From IMG/VR virus record IMGVR_UViG_3300045988_125893: a stretch of DNA of 64,000 nt; one strand, written 5' to 3'. Every line of letters starts with the position of its first letter. The stretch's first letter is position 1. A model generated the notes under the pieces. It had not been told where the DNA came from and ran no database searches. It was given only the letters and a program-made list of their open reading frames with translations. This stretch comes from a virus. Shown here piece after piece: positions 18,030-27,752 of this stretch. Position numbers and translations under genes: made by a program.

Positions 18030-18866
18030 ATGAGTGCAAGTAAAGAATACAAAATAATAAGAAACTTCATATTAAATGAGCTTCACATTACAAAAGAAGA
18101 CATAATCAAAAACATAGAACCATTATTGGAAAAACTTGTAAAACAGTGTATGAATAATACATATGGGAATAACAATCAAATAGAGTATTGGATCAGATGT
18201 ATGGTTAATGACGAACTTAAACAAAGAGATTTTGATTTTGTAAGAAGAATATGTAAGGAGGTTATAAAAGATCATGTGTTGAATGAGTTGAACATAATTG
18301 TAAGTCCCAAAAATGAAAGATGCGTATGTGAAAATAGAGTACCATCAAGAAAAGATGGTTTGTATCTAATCTATGGAAACGGACACGCTGAGCCGTTTAC
18401 TAGAGAGAATTTCAAAAAGAATGTGTGTTATATCGGATTAAAACACAAAGACGTATCGTTTGCTATCTCGCTGACGGAGCATGATAGAGTACAATTGCTT
18501 GACGATGATAGCCGTAAAGAATCCGGAAGTGAGACATATTACGAACGTGAATGTGATGCGCTGTTTGACATTAATGGACGCGGCAATACGGAACGCCTTG
18601 TAGTCAGAAATCCAAAATTGAGAAATCTACTGAAAGATGGCGAATACATCCCTTCGTTGAGACAGCTCAATCTAATGGCGCATTACAAAGACAGTATAAA
18701 CGATGCGCTTAAATACATAGGCGCAGAACCGTTAGCCTCGGCGTGGTTTTGGTCCAGTACTGAGAGCAGTCAGTACAACGCGTGGTACGTGTACTTCTTC
18801 ATTGGCGACACGGGCAGCTACAGCAAGTACGGCAGTGGCAGGGTTCGGGCGGTAATTGATTTTTAA
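18030..18866 (+). CDS. hypothetical protein with DUF1566-like C-terminus (FWSSTESSQYNAWYVYFFIGDTGSYSKYGSGRVRAV)
   Basis: ORF 278 aa; C-terminal WSST..AW.V.F..G...K...VR.V pattern recalled from DUF1566 (Lcl-like) domains. Confidence 0.6.
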   Translation: MSASKEYKIIRNFILNELHITKEDIIKNIEPLLEKLVKQCMNNTYGNNNQIEYWIRCMVNDELKQRDFDFVRRICKEVIKDHVLNELNIIVSPKNERCVCENRVPSRKDGLYLIYGNGHAEPFTRENFKKNVCYIGLKHKDVSFAISLTEHDRVQLLDDDSRKESGSETYYERECDALFDINGRGNTERLVVRNPKLRNLLKDGEYIPSLRQLNLMAHYKDSINDALKYIGAEPLASAWFWSSTESSQYNAWYVYFFIGDTGSYSKYGSGRVRAVIDF

Positions 18867-18878
18867 AAAGGATTACAT

Positions 18879-19685
18879 ATGATAACATCAGTAAAAATAA
18901 AAGACAACACAAAAACTCCATTTGAATATGTTTCTGACATAGAGGCGTTTGAAAATGGCAGAGAATTTATTTTCAAGCCAGGAGTGAATGTGATTATAGG
19001 GAAAAACGGTAGTGGAAAATCAACTTTACTTAACATCATATCAATGTATGCGTTATGTGATAAGTCCATGTGCTCTGAAATGCCGGATGAGGCGCTGGAT
19101 TTTCCACCTATATTTGATGATGATGACAAGGTTCTTGATGGGATTGATATATCATCCGATTATATAGGGAAAGTATTCCGTTTATTGCCGTCAACGGAGA
19201 CAAATCGAGATAGTGTATTAAAAAACATCAGCAATTTCGATTTGTATGCGAATAGTATTCAAAAATCTTATGGGGAAAAAGTGGTGTTATCACTGGAATC
19301 GCTTTTCAATTTAATGTTCAACCAAAAGGATTATGCGTTTCCAATGCAAGATCTTGCAGAATACAAGAAAAAATCAAATGCGTTTTGGATTAAAAGAATT
19401 GACAACCTGTTGAAGTATTATAGAAGGAACTGCATAACATTAACAGAAAGCAGTTTTGAGTACACGGTTCTCATGGATGAGCCAGACAGGAACCTTGACA
19501 TTGACAACATAATGCAGATTCACAATGTATTGTCATTTCATAAACCACAAACACAAATTATAGCCATAATACACAATCCGGCATTGATTTACAAATTAAG
19601 CAAATTAGATTGTGTGAATTTCATAGAGATGACAGAAGGGTATCTAAAGGATATTACCAATTTTATAAACGAAACAAATAAATGA
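18879..19685 (+). CDS. compact ABC-type ATPase (RecF/OLD/AAA_21-like)
   Basis: Walker A GKNGSGKST; signature-like SYGEK; Walker B VLMDEPDRNLD; H-loop IIAIIHNP; 268 aa. Confidence 0.75.
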   Translation: MITSVKIKDNTKTPFEYVSDIEAFENGREFIFKPGVNVIIGKNGSGKSTLLNIISMYALCDKSMCSEMPDEALDFPPIFDDDDKVLDGIDISSDYIGKVFRLLPSTETNRDSVLKNISNFDLYANSIQKSYGEKVVLSLESLFNLMFNQKDYAFPMQDLAEYKKKSNAFWIKRIDNLLKYYRRNCITLTESSFEYTVLMDEPDRNLDIDNIMQIHNVLSFHKPQTQIIAIIHNPALIYKLSKLDCVNFIEMTEGYLKDITNFINETNK

Positions 19686-19691
19686 AAGATC

Positions 19692-20042
19692 ATGAGAAAA
19701 GAACTGAAAATGATAGGATCAAAAGATCGACACATATTCATAGCGACATTCATTCGTTTTGGATTTAGGGATGGGTATAAAGGATCCGTAGAGACAATAC
19801 TTTTGCAAGACGTGTTACTCGATGGTAAAGTGGTAACAGACCATTTGTGGTTTGATTTGACAAAAGGATTCAAAAGCGCCGATTTGTCACCAGGCGATGT
19901 GGTTGAGTTCTGCGCAAGGGTTAGTGTTTACGAGAAAGGATATAAAGGATACAGGAATGACGTATTTGATAGACCGATAGAAAAGGATTATCGATTGTCA
20001 AGACCAACAAAGATTAAGAAGATTGGGAAAAAATCAATATAA
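19692..20042 (+). CDS. hypothetical protein immediately downstream of ATPase
   Basis: ORF 116 aa. Confidence 0.55.
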   Translation: MRKELKMIGSKDRHIFIATFIRFGFRDGYKGSVETILLQDVLLDGKVVTDHLWFDLTKGFKSADLSPGDVVEFCARVSVYEKGYKGYRNDVFDRPIEKDYRLSRPTKIKKIGKKSI

Positions 20043-20065
20043 CATAAATAAAATCACTTATCGCA

Positions 20066-20449
20066 ATGGCTTATTTTGTCTTAATGGGAAGAAGAATCCC
20101 AAAACAAGCCGTAACAGGCTTCAAGTTTCAAAATGAAACAGATAACATTCGTCCTTTCCTGTCAATCAGGATAAGAGGGAAGGAGGAAATTATACCCCTT
20201 AAAGATAAAAGAGAAATACTGTCCGTGAAAGCACATCTGTGCTCTGTCTTCTCCGGGTTTGTGAAAATAGGCGACTGGTATCTCAAGATGTCGGAAGTTA
20301 AGGAATATAAGCCGGTGACTGCCGAAGACATGAACCCCTACATCTTGTTTAAGACATCTAAGTTCGGAAATATAAAAGTTCGTTTTCCGAAAGATGAAGA
20401 TATGAATGCGGAATTGTTGGTGCTAGATCAACTTTTTGACGTAGAATGA
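20066..20449 (+). CDS. hypothetical protein
   Basis: ORF 127 aa. Confidence 0.55.
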   Translation: MAYFVLMGRRIPKQAVTGFKFQNETDNIRPFLSIRIRGKEEIIPLKDKREILSVKAHLCSVFSGFVKIGDWYLKMSEVKEYKPVTAEDMNPYILFKTSKFGNIKVRFPKDEDMNAELLVLDQLFDVE

Positions 20450-20490
20450 ATTAGTAAGGTAATTATATACCTAAAATAATATAAAGAGAT

Positions 20491-20754
20491 ATGAGCAAAT
20501 ACAGAACAAAAGCCGGAATAGAATGCACGGAAGAAGAATGCAAGCTAATTGATTCATTTAAGAGGCTTGCCAAAAAATGGAAGAAAGATGGAAAACGATT
20601 GTGGATATATTCAGCAAGCGGAACATTACATGTAATGATGCATGGAGATACAAACTATAATCCCACACCGGAATTTACGCAATATGGAGGCAGTAACATT
20701 GAAAATAGTATAACCATCATTGATGGAATACCAAATGATGGCGGAGATTGGTAA
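20491..20754 (+). CDS. hypothetical protein
   Basis: ORF 87 aa. Confidence 0.5.
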   Translation: MSKYRTKAGIECTEEECKLIDSFKRLAKKWKKDGKRLWIYSASGTLHVMMHGDTNYNPTPEFTQYGGSNIENSITIIDGIPNDGGDW

Positions 20755-20781
20755 TAATATTCATTTTTAAAAGTTAGAGTT

Positions 20782-21018
20782 ATGAAAAAAGATTTAACAG
20801 ACAAAGAAAAAGAGGAAAGAATGAATTACCTTACCATCCATAAATGTAAAAACGAGGATGAACGTAAAGAGTTAAAAGAATTATGTGATTGGTATTTTAA
20901 GGATACTCCTACGTTAACTATGTCTTTTTCTTTAACAGAAGAAGATCTTTCGGGTAACAATGGAAGGGGACGTGGAGTTGTCGGCGGTAGTCGGAGCTGT
21001 GAAGCGTCAACACCTTAA
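20782..21018 (+). CDS. hypothetical protein
   Basis: ORF 78 aa. Confidence 0.45.
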   Translation: MKKDLTDKEKEERMNYLTIHKCKNEDERKELKELCDWYFKDTPTLTMSFSLTEEDLSGNNGRGRGVVGGSRSCEASTP

Positions 21019-21037
21019 GAAGAAAATTTGAAAGGTT

Positions 21038-21241
21038 ATGACTGACAGAGAACTTCTTGAAGAAAACAATAAGATGTTAAAGGAAATTCTAAGTTTTGTG
21101 AGAAAAGTCGATTCTACTGAATACAGGGATCATCAAGACTTTATGGAATTTCTTAGAAATGTGGCGGCCGATATATGGGTGGAATATACGGAGCCTGAAC
21201 AAAGAAGTAAGTTGTTTAATTTAATAAATAAAGAAAAATGA
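21038..21241 (+). CDS. hypothetical protein
   Basis: ORF 67 aa. Confidence 0.5.
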   Translation: MTDRELLEENNKMLKEILSFVRKVDSTEYRDHQDFMEFLRNVAADIWVEYTEPEQRSKLFNLINKEK

Positions 21242-21903
21242 AAACAGTTTTTGATTTAAGCAGAGATGAGATTACGGCATTGACAGACGAAGACATAAGT
21301 CTGTATATAGACAAAGAGCTTGCTAATAAAGGTATTCCAATTGAAGCTAAAAACTGGAATATAAAGAACAAAAAAGAAATCTCGTACCCCAAAACAGGAG
21401 TTCCATTATTTGTATTAAAAGATATCGGCATCGGTTTTAGAACCATAGAAGGTGCAACTGAGGTGGCCAATTTGCTTGTCAAGTATAATGCATTTAAAAC
21501 AGAATCGAGATATCTGGCAGGATCGTATGAACAGTTTTGGATCATGAAGGAGGGTGTTTGCCCGGCTGTTAAAGGAGAAACAGGATATAGCGAGGAAGAG
21601 TTTAATAAGATAGATGAGAAAAATAAAAACCCTGAATTGACAAGTATAAATACCTTCAATGACACCGTGAAAAAAGCCAATGAAATCAAAGATAGGGTAT
21701 TGAAATACGTGTACAATATAAAACAAGAGCGTTCATATAACAACGACATGGTTGGCATCTTTGAGAGGTATAAGGATATAGCAGATGGCGACATGGAGGT
21801 GGCTATGAATTTCATTAAGGAGGCTTATCCGTTTAATGAAGAAACAGAGGTATTTATCAGGAAAAAGTTCAACATGTCCATACCAGTTGAGCCAGAAGAG
21901 TAA
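21238..21903 (+). CDS. hypothetical protein
   Basis: ORF 221 aa, ATGA overlap. Confidence 0.6.
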   Translation: MKTVFDLSRDEITALTDEDISLYIDKELANKGIPIEAKNWNIKNKKEISYPKTGVPLFVLKDIGIGFRTIEGATEVANLLVKYNAFKTESRYLAGSYEQFWIMKEGVCPAVKGETGYSEEEFNKIDEKNKNPELTSINTFNDTVKKANEIKDRVLKYVYNIKQERSYNNDMVGIFERYKDIADGDMEVAMNFIKEAYPFNEETEVFIRKKFNMSIPVEPEE

Positions 21904-21982
21904 AAAAAATAAGCTAAATTAAGTTATTTAAAATCTTTTTTATTATCAAAAGACATATCTTTGTCCAAAAAAAACAAACAGG

Positions 21983-22237
21983 ATGGAAGAAAAAGAGATT
22001 AAAGAAGCCATGATTGAAGCCCTGACACATTTGGAGGGGTGTAAGTATTTCGTGGCTACGATAGTAAATGAAGAGGAAAGAAGATTTGATATGAGCCAAC
22101 GAATGTCACAGCATCAATTGGCGTTAGTTATAAAAGGTATCTTATCTAATAATGAGATGATGATGATGGACGTTTTGCAGTGGTGTTCTGAAAGATTTAA
22201 AAACAGTATAGAGAAAGGAAAGAAATCAACTAATTAA
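21983..22237 (+). CDS. hypothetical protein
   Basis: ORF 84 aa. Confidence 0.5.
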   Translation: MEEKEIKEAMIEALTHLEGCKYFVATIVNEEERRFDMSQRMSQHQLALVIKGILSNNEMMMMDVLQWCSERFKNSIEKGKKSTN

Positions 22238-22248
22238 ATATTAATACA

Positions 22249-22719
22249 ATGAATCGCTGGTTTGAAATTACGGTAAAAGCCGAGATTGATAATATCGAGA
22301 ACGGCAAAAAAAAGAAAGTAACTGAAAAGTATTTGGTAGATGCCTTTTCTTATACAGAGGCAGAATCAAGATCGTTGGAAATCTTTAAAGATTTGTACAA
22401 TTCTTTCGAGGTTGTAAAAATTAACCCTATTAAAGTGTCGGAAATCTTCTTCAACGGAGAAGCTGAGTACTGGTATAAGTGTAAGGTTAATTACATTACA
22501 CTGGATGAAAAGAAAGGTAAAGAAAAGAAAACGCCATGCTATATGTATGTCCAGGCCGGCAATCCGAAAGATGCTGAGGCTGTGTTAACTAAGGGCATGC
22601 AAGGTACGTTGGGCGACTGGAATTGCGAGTCTATTGCAGAAACGAAAATCATTGAAGTATTTAAATACGATCTGCAAAAAGGTGTAGAAAAATTGGGAGA
22701 AAAGAAAACTGATGAGTGA
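22249..22719 (+). CDS. hypothetical protein
   Basis: ORF 156 aa. Confidence 0.6.
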   Translation: MNRWFEITVKAEIDNIENGKKKKVTEKYLVDAFSYTEAESRSLEIFKDLYNSFEVVKINPIKVSEIFFNGEAEYWYKCKVNYITLDEKKGKEKKTPCYMYVQAGNPKDAEAVLTKGMQGTLGDWNCESIAETKIIEVFKYDLQKGVEKLGEKKTDE

Positions 22720-22942
22720 TGTTGTTTCCCGTGTAGCACTTGCGACGGCAATTGTATTATTGGTAGTAGCAGGTGCTACTTTGCTGATAGTGATTAAGAC
22801 CGAAGAAGTACCGAGATGGTTAATGAACTTACCATATACGTTATCTTTAACGGCAGTATCCTTTTCAATTATATCACTTGTATTGAAATATAGAGAGTGG
22901 AAAAGAAATTGTACGTCTGCGAAAGATGCGGACGAAAAGTGA
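22712..22942 (+). CDS. small membrane protein with two predicted TM helices (holin-like topology, unproven)
   Basis: ORF 76 aa; hydrophobic stretches ALATAIVLLVVAGATLLIVI and LTAVSFSIISLVL. Confidence 0.5.
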   Translation: MSDVVSRVALATAIVLLVVAGATLLIVIKTEEVPRWLMNLPYTLSLTAVSFSIISLVLKYREWKRNCTSAKDADEK

Positions 22943-23415
22943 TGATAAGAAGTCATGGCTTATGCCAGGCTTGCAGGAGTAAAGAGTTGACTCCGAAGAA
23001 AAAAGACAGAATTACATCCATTAAAAACAGCAGCAAGAAGAAAAAGTTAGAGAACCCGGATTTATCCGGGTTTTTTCGTCTTATGCTGGAAGAGTTAAAT
23101 AATAGTCGGATGTCTATGACCGGTAAGGCTATTCATTTTCCTACAGTATGTAACGTCTGTCACATACTTCCGAAAAGGATATATAAGTCGGTTGCTACTT
23201 GCAGGGATAATATAGTTTTCCTTCATGAATCGGAGCATACGGTATTCGACATGTATCTTGACCGGATGGAATTTGATAAACTTGAAACAGAATTTCCTTT
23301 TGTGTGGAAGTATGCGGTAAAGAAGGTACTGGATATGGAAAGCAGAGGAATGATCAAGGAAAGAGGTAGGTTGATTATTGAAATAATTGATAGGTATGAT
23401 AGAAGAAAAGATTAA
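22897..23415 (+). CDS. hypothetical zinc-ribbon protein (CERCG...CQAC)
   Basis: ORF 172 aa. Confidence 0.55.
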   Translation: MEKKLYVCERCGRKVMIRSHGLCQACRSKELTPKKKDRITSIKNSSKKKKLENPDLSGFFRLMLEELNNSRMSMTGKAIHFPTVCNVCHILPKRIYKSVATCRDNIVFLHESEHTVFDMYLDRMEFDKLETEFPFVWKYAVKKVLDMESRGMIKERGRLIIEIIDRYDRRKD

Positions 23416-24715
23416 AATATTAATAGATTTGGGGTTTGTACCTATGGTGGAAGGAGAAGGAAATACGTTGTTTAGAATGAACGACGTTGTGATGTCAGTA
23501 TCAGATCCTAACCAAACACCAGAGCAGTTGAAGAAGGAGGTTATGTCTTTAATAAAGAACAGAGACATAGCAGAAAGAGGCGGACAGGTTCCAGTAGTTG
23601 AAGAGCCGGCGCCTGAGCCAGAGCCGGTCCAGAAGGAGGAACCGGAAGCTCAGGCGGAGGAAGCCGCTCCTAACCCTGGAGAAGAAGATTCGAATCCGTT
23701 TACAGAAAATCAGGAAACATTAGAGCCGTTTTATATCTGTGATGAGTTAAAGAAGATTGAGACCCCCAAATTCGTAAGATTGACATTAGACGATAATCGT
23801 TTTTATGTAAGAAAGATGGATGATGGGACGGCTAAGATATATGCTTCGGTAACAACTTTAATCAAAGATGGGTATGTAGATGATAAGACAGCACTTCAGG
23901 AATGGAAGCAAGAGATAAAGATGCTTGGTCGCAATCCAGAAGAGGTAGCGCAGTATGAAGCCGATAAGGGAACGATCATGCACTACTTATACGGATTGTA
24001 CCTAACAGGTAGAGATATGGTCTTAAATCGAAGCTTTGTAGTTAAGACAGTGCAAGAAGGTAAGCTGAAGATATCGAAGAAAAATCTTGACCGATTCTTT
24101 AACAGCATAGATGATCTTGACGATATGATTGTCAGAGTTATGAAGTTTGCTAAATTTTGTTCGGAGTATAAGGTTAAGCCGATGATGATTGAAAGAATAT
24201 TGTCATTAGAAGATTATTTGGTAGCTACGCCGATAGATGCGATGGTTAAAATGACATTCAAATACAAAGAAGAAGGTTATTTTGGAGCCGTATATCAAAG
24301 GGCTACAGGGCAGTTCAAAAAAGGTGATCCGAAGAAGGAGGTAAGAGAAGTGGAGAAGGAAGAAGTGGTCATTCTTGACTTTAAATCGGGAGGAATATGG
24401 GAATCATATGCATTCCAATTGGAAGCTGAAAGAAGAATGGTTAAAGCATGGTATGGCATTGATGCACGTATTATGAACTTTTCTCCAAAAAGCACGAGCA
24501 GTAAAGGATATACGCTGAAAGAATGGACAGAAGACAGTGTGGCACTTGAAAAGGCGGACTGTGTGTTCCAACAAGGTATGTTGAATCACCTTAGAAAAGA
24601 TAAGAAGTTCAAAGTGAGAAAAGGAGTGTTGAATATCAATAAGCCGTACAATGAAGAAGATCATACGGTTGTATATGATATTGCAGAGGAAATGTCTAAA
24701 AGATTCGTAATATGA
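23387..24715 (+). CDS. hypothetical protein with acidic Pro/Glu-rich linker
   Basis: ORF 442 aa. Confidence 0.65.
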   Translation: MIGMIEEKIKILIDLGFVPMVEGEGNTLFRMNDVVMSVSDPNQTPEQLKKEVMSLIKNRDIAERGGQVPVVEEPAPEPEPVQKEEPEAQAEEAAPNPGEEDSNPFTENQETLEPFYICDELKKIETPKFVRLTLDDNRFYVRKMDDGTAKIYASVTTLIKDGYVDDKTALQEWKQEIKMLGRNPEEVAQYEADKGTIMHYLYGLYLTGRDMVLNRSFVVKTVQEGKLKISKKNLDRFFNSIDDLDDMIVRVMKFAKFCSEYKVKPMMIERILSLEDYLVATPIDAMVKMTFKYKEEGYFGAVYQRATGQFKKGDPKKEVREVEKEEVVILDFKSGGIWESYAFQLEAERRMVKAWYGIDARIMNFSPKSTSSKGYTLKEWTEDSVALEKADCVFQQGMLNHLRKDKKFKVRKGVLNINKPYNEEDHTVVYDIAEEMSKRFVI

Positions 24716-24945
24716 GCGATATTGTTATTCCTAAAGGAGATTATGTGGAAATCGTAAAACCGATACATATCAATCCTTTTGGTGATTATTTTATTAATAT
24801 CGAAAGGGGTTCGAGATTAAGATTATCGAAAGATTTGAGAATAGGAGATAAATATGCAATATGCGTACTTGCATCTCATAAGAAATATGGCAAGACCGTT
24901 GAAACAATAATGCCTATACTGGTCAGAAATACAAGAAGAGTATGA
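24712..24945 (+). CDS. hypothetical protein
   Basis: ORF 77 aa, ATGA overlap. Confidence 0.5.
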   Translation: MSDIVIPKGDYVEIVKPIHINPFGDYFINIERGSRLRLSKDLRIGDKYAICVLASHKKYGKTVETIMPILVRNTRRV

Positions 24946-25292
24946 AGAGAAAAATTAGAAAAACAGGAGAGATAATAGACGTAATCACCTTTAGTAGCTC
25001 AACTACAAGAAGCGACCATGACAGAATACAGTTCTATGGTAATAATGGGAGTGTGATAAGTGAGAGTTTAAATTTTTATCTCGATACCCTTCCTGTGGAT
25101 GATGAAAACAAAGATGTAGACTGGGAGCAACGTAGATTCGATCTTGTTAAGGCTTATTCTATTGAGTTTATTAAAGCACAAAATAGAAAAGGTGAAATAG
25201 ATTGCGGAGTATATGTACCGGATGTGGTGTCATGGTCTATAACTATAGCAGATAGAATCATAGAAGCAATGAGAGGAATTAAAAATGCTTGA
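24942..25292 (+). CDS. hypothetical protein
   Basis: ORF 116 aa. Confidence 0.55.
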   Translation: MKRKIRKTGEIIDVITFSSSTTRSDHDRIQFYGNNGSVISESLNFYLDTLPVDDENKDVDWEQRRFDLVKAYSIEFIKAQNRKGEIDCGVYVPDVVSWSITIADRIIEAMRGIKNA

Positions 25293-26298
25293 TTTTAGAA
25301 AATACGAAAACGTACCTCGGTTTCAACTTGACCGCAGGCCTGGCAGGAGCCGACTGAAGCTAACCTGCCCGGCTTGCGGGAAAAGCCGGTGCCTTACCCC
25401 TTATATTGATGTGGCGACCGGTCAGGTCGTTGGCAATGAGTTTGGAAGATGCGATCATGAACGAACTTGCGGTTATGATAAACGACCTACCGGCAAGGAT
25501 GTAGGTGACAAAGATCTTTGGATTTCGGGAAATAAGTGCATAAGAGCTTATCGTCCTCCTGTAAATCCTGACGTTGTAAATTACATACCTTTTAGCGAGT
25601 TTGAGAGGACTGTAGTTCCAGACGATAGAAACACCGTATTTAGATTTTTATCGTCTCTATGGGGAAAAGAAAGGGTATCTGACGTATTTAGAAGGTATCA
25701 TGTTGGAACAATGGACTTATGGGGATGGAAGGGGTGTTGTATATTCTGGCAGATAGATAAGGACTTTGTATGTAGAACCGGCAAGATTATGGATTTTTAC
25801 ATAAAGACCGACAGCCAGGGGAATGAGATTGATGTAAAAAGAGTGAAGGAAAAAGACGGTGACAATGAGCGGCCTCATGTTATGTTTTATCACTCGTTGC
25901 ATGCAAGAGACTTCTTGTTTAGACAATGCCTGTTCGGAGAGCATCTTTTAAGCCAGTATCCGGATAAGGTAGTTAATTTGGTGGAGTCAGAGAAGACGGC
26001 TATTATATGCGCCGTGAATAAACCGGATGAGTTATTTGTAGCTACCGGTGGGTTGCAGAACTTAAGACCGGAAGTGATAGATGTTTTAAAAGATAGAAAG
26101 ACTGTAGCTTTTCCGGACAAAGGACAAGCATTTGACACATGGAGTAAAAAGATAGATGGGATGATGATGAAGTCAAGGATAAAAGTATCGGACTATCTTC
26201 AGAGTGTTGAGAATGTAGGGGACGGAGATGATGTGGCAGATTTGATAATTAATAACAAAGTAAAAGAGAAATATTATGAGCCTGGACGTTTATATTAA
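25285..26298 (+). CDS. putative DNA primase (CHC2-type zinc finger plus Toprim-like region)
   Basis: N-terminal CPACG...C.HERTCGY; later LVESEKTAII and AFPDKGQA resemble Toprim E and D motifs; sits beside DnaB-like helicase. Confidence 0.45.
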   Translation: MLDFRKYENVPRFQLDRRPGRSRLKLTCPACGKSRCLTPYIDVATGQVVGNEFGRCDHERTCGYDKRPTGKDVGDKDLWISGNKCIRAYRPPVNPDVVNYIPFSEFERTVVPDDRNTVFRFLSSLWGKERVSDVFRRYHVGTMDLWGWKGCCIFWQIDKDFVCRTGKIMDFYIKTDSQGNEIDVKRVKEKDGDNERPHVMFYHSLHARDFLFRQCLFGEHLLSQYPDKVVNLVESEKTAIICAVNKPDELFVATGGLQNLRPEVIDVLKDRKTVAFPDKGQAFDTWSKKIDGMMMKSRIKVSDYLQSVENVGDGDDVADLIINNKVKEKYYEPGRLY

Positions 26299-26629
26299 GA
26301 GCAAGAAGAAAGAAGAGGATCGTAAATGGGTTGCAAACATCACCCACAACATGAACAAGATGGCACAAAAAATATTCGTATCAGAAAACAAAGAAACACT
26401 ATACGATTATGTTTGGAGACCGGAAGAATTGGGCAGGGAAATAGATACTAAGGAGATGGTGAAGATACTCACAAAAGGTATATATATTATGATCTCCAAG
26501 AGAAAGAGTCTTTTGAGATACGAACCAGAAAACGGATGGGGGTCTTATGATTCATTTCTTAAGTTTCTTATCGAATACAAAGAGGCATGTGAAGATAATC
26601 CAGGGTGTGTAATTGAAGCAAGCAGATAA
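26276..26629 (+). CDS. hypothetical protein
   Basis: ORF 117 aa. Confidence 0.55.
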   Translation: MSLDVYIKSKKKEEDRKWVANITHNMNKMAQKIFVSENKETLYDYVWRPEELGREIDTKEMVKILTKGIYIMISKRKSLLRYEPENGWGSYDSFLKFLIEYKEACEDNPGCVIEASR

Positions 26630-26888
26630 TATGGAAAATTACAAAAACACTTTAAATGAGGTAGTGGTGATCGAATCGTCACCAGAAACGTATTTTGTTT
26701 ACGCTATTCGTAATGCTATTCGTATCTCTAAATGTGCATATCCGACAGCCAAGAAAGTAATTTTCAAAAGAGAGGACGTAGAGGTAGAGATTTCGGAAAT
26801 GGAAACTGAAAGCAGTTTGTATGAAAAGTTTAAAGAAAAACAAAAGAATAGGGTATGGAACTTAATGAGCGCCAACAACGGGTTTTAA
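26613..26888 (+). CDS. hypothetical protein
   Basis: ORF 91 aa. Confidence 0.5.
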   Translation: MKQADNMENYKNTLNEVVVIESSPETYFVYAIRNAIRISKCAYPTAKKVIFKREDVEVEISEMETESSLYEKFKEKQKNRVWNLMSANNGF

Positions 26889-27421
26889 GAGGCGAAATTT
26901 GTCCTTATTGCGGAAAAGAAACCGAGCTGGTCAATGCCGATAAAATATATAACAGAAAAGGATTAGGGATGGTTATGATGTGTAAACCATGCAATGCTTA
27001 TGTCGGTGTTCATGAATCAGGGCCGAATAAGGGAAAAGCTAAAGGCCGGCTTGCGGGGCCATCACTGAGGTCTCTTAAGATAAGAGTCCATGCCGAACTT
27101 GACAGACTATGGTCTACGCCGGAGGAACGGGAAAGGATGTATAAAGATTTATCTGAATTTCTCTCTATACCGGAAGAGTACACACATATAGGTATGTTCG
27201 GAGAGAAGACGATGGGGAAAATCTTTCAGTTCTGTCATGTAAACAAAGAGCGATCAGGTTCGAGAATAGAATGGCATAAGCCTGGAGATAAGTGCCCTAA
27301 TAAGAACAACCAAATAGTGTCAGGCAGTAGCGCATGCAGAGGATGTCCTGAGTATCTTCATGATGAGAAAGACGGGTATGTCTGGTGTGATCCCGACATG
27401 AGCTACGGTAGGTTGAAATAG
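26855..27421 (+). CDS. hypothetical zinc-finger protein (CPYCG...CKPC; C-terminal CRGCPEY)
   Basis: ORF 188 aa. Confidence 0.6.
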   Translation: MELNERQQRVLRGEICPYCGKETELVNADKIYNRKGLGMVMMCKPCNAYVGVHESGPNKGKAKGRLAGPSLRSLKIRVHAELDRLWSTPEERERMYKDLSEFLSIPEEYTHIGMFGEKTMGKIFQFCHVNKERSGSRIEWHKPGDKCPNKNNQIVSGSSACRGCPEYLHDEKDGYVWCDPDMSYGRLK

Positions 27422-27450
27422 GGCGCGAATTGCCTATCTTTGTGCTATTA
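27417..27450 (+). terminator. imperfect hairpin atagggcgcgaattgcctatc plus tttgtgctattatt
   Basis: read directly after stop of 26855..27421. Confidence 0.4.
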
Positions 27451-27473
27451 TTAATCAAAAAAAATATAAGCAC

Positions 27474-27752
27474 ATGGGCAGATCAACAGAGTACTACAGG
27501 ACTCATCCCGAAGCCAGGAAGAAAAAGGCTAAAAAGGACAAGGAGATAAATGCCAGACCGGAACAGAAAGCCAAACGCCGAGAGCTTGGTCGTAAAAACT
27601 ACGAAACGGACAAGAAGAAGGGCAAGGGCTGGAGGAAAGGCAAGGATTGTTCTCATACCAAGAACGGTCTTAGGTATAAATCAGTAAAAGCTAATAGGGG
27701 ATCCAAATCGGATACAAAAGGTGACAAAAATGCACGAGGAGATAGCAAATAA
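27474..27752 (+). CDS. highly basic Lys/Arg-rich small protein (possible nucleic-acid binding)
   Basis: ORF 92 aa, >35% K/R; overlaps helicase start. Confidence 0.45.
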   Translation: MGRSTEYYRTHPEARKKKAKKDKEINARPEQKAKRRELGRKNYETDKKKGKGWRKGKDCSHTKNGLRYKSVKANRGSKSDTKGDKNARGDSK

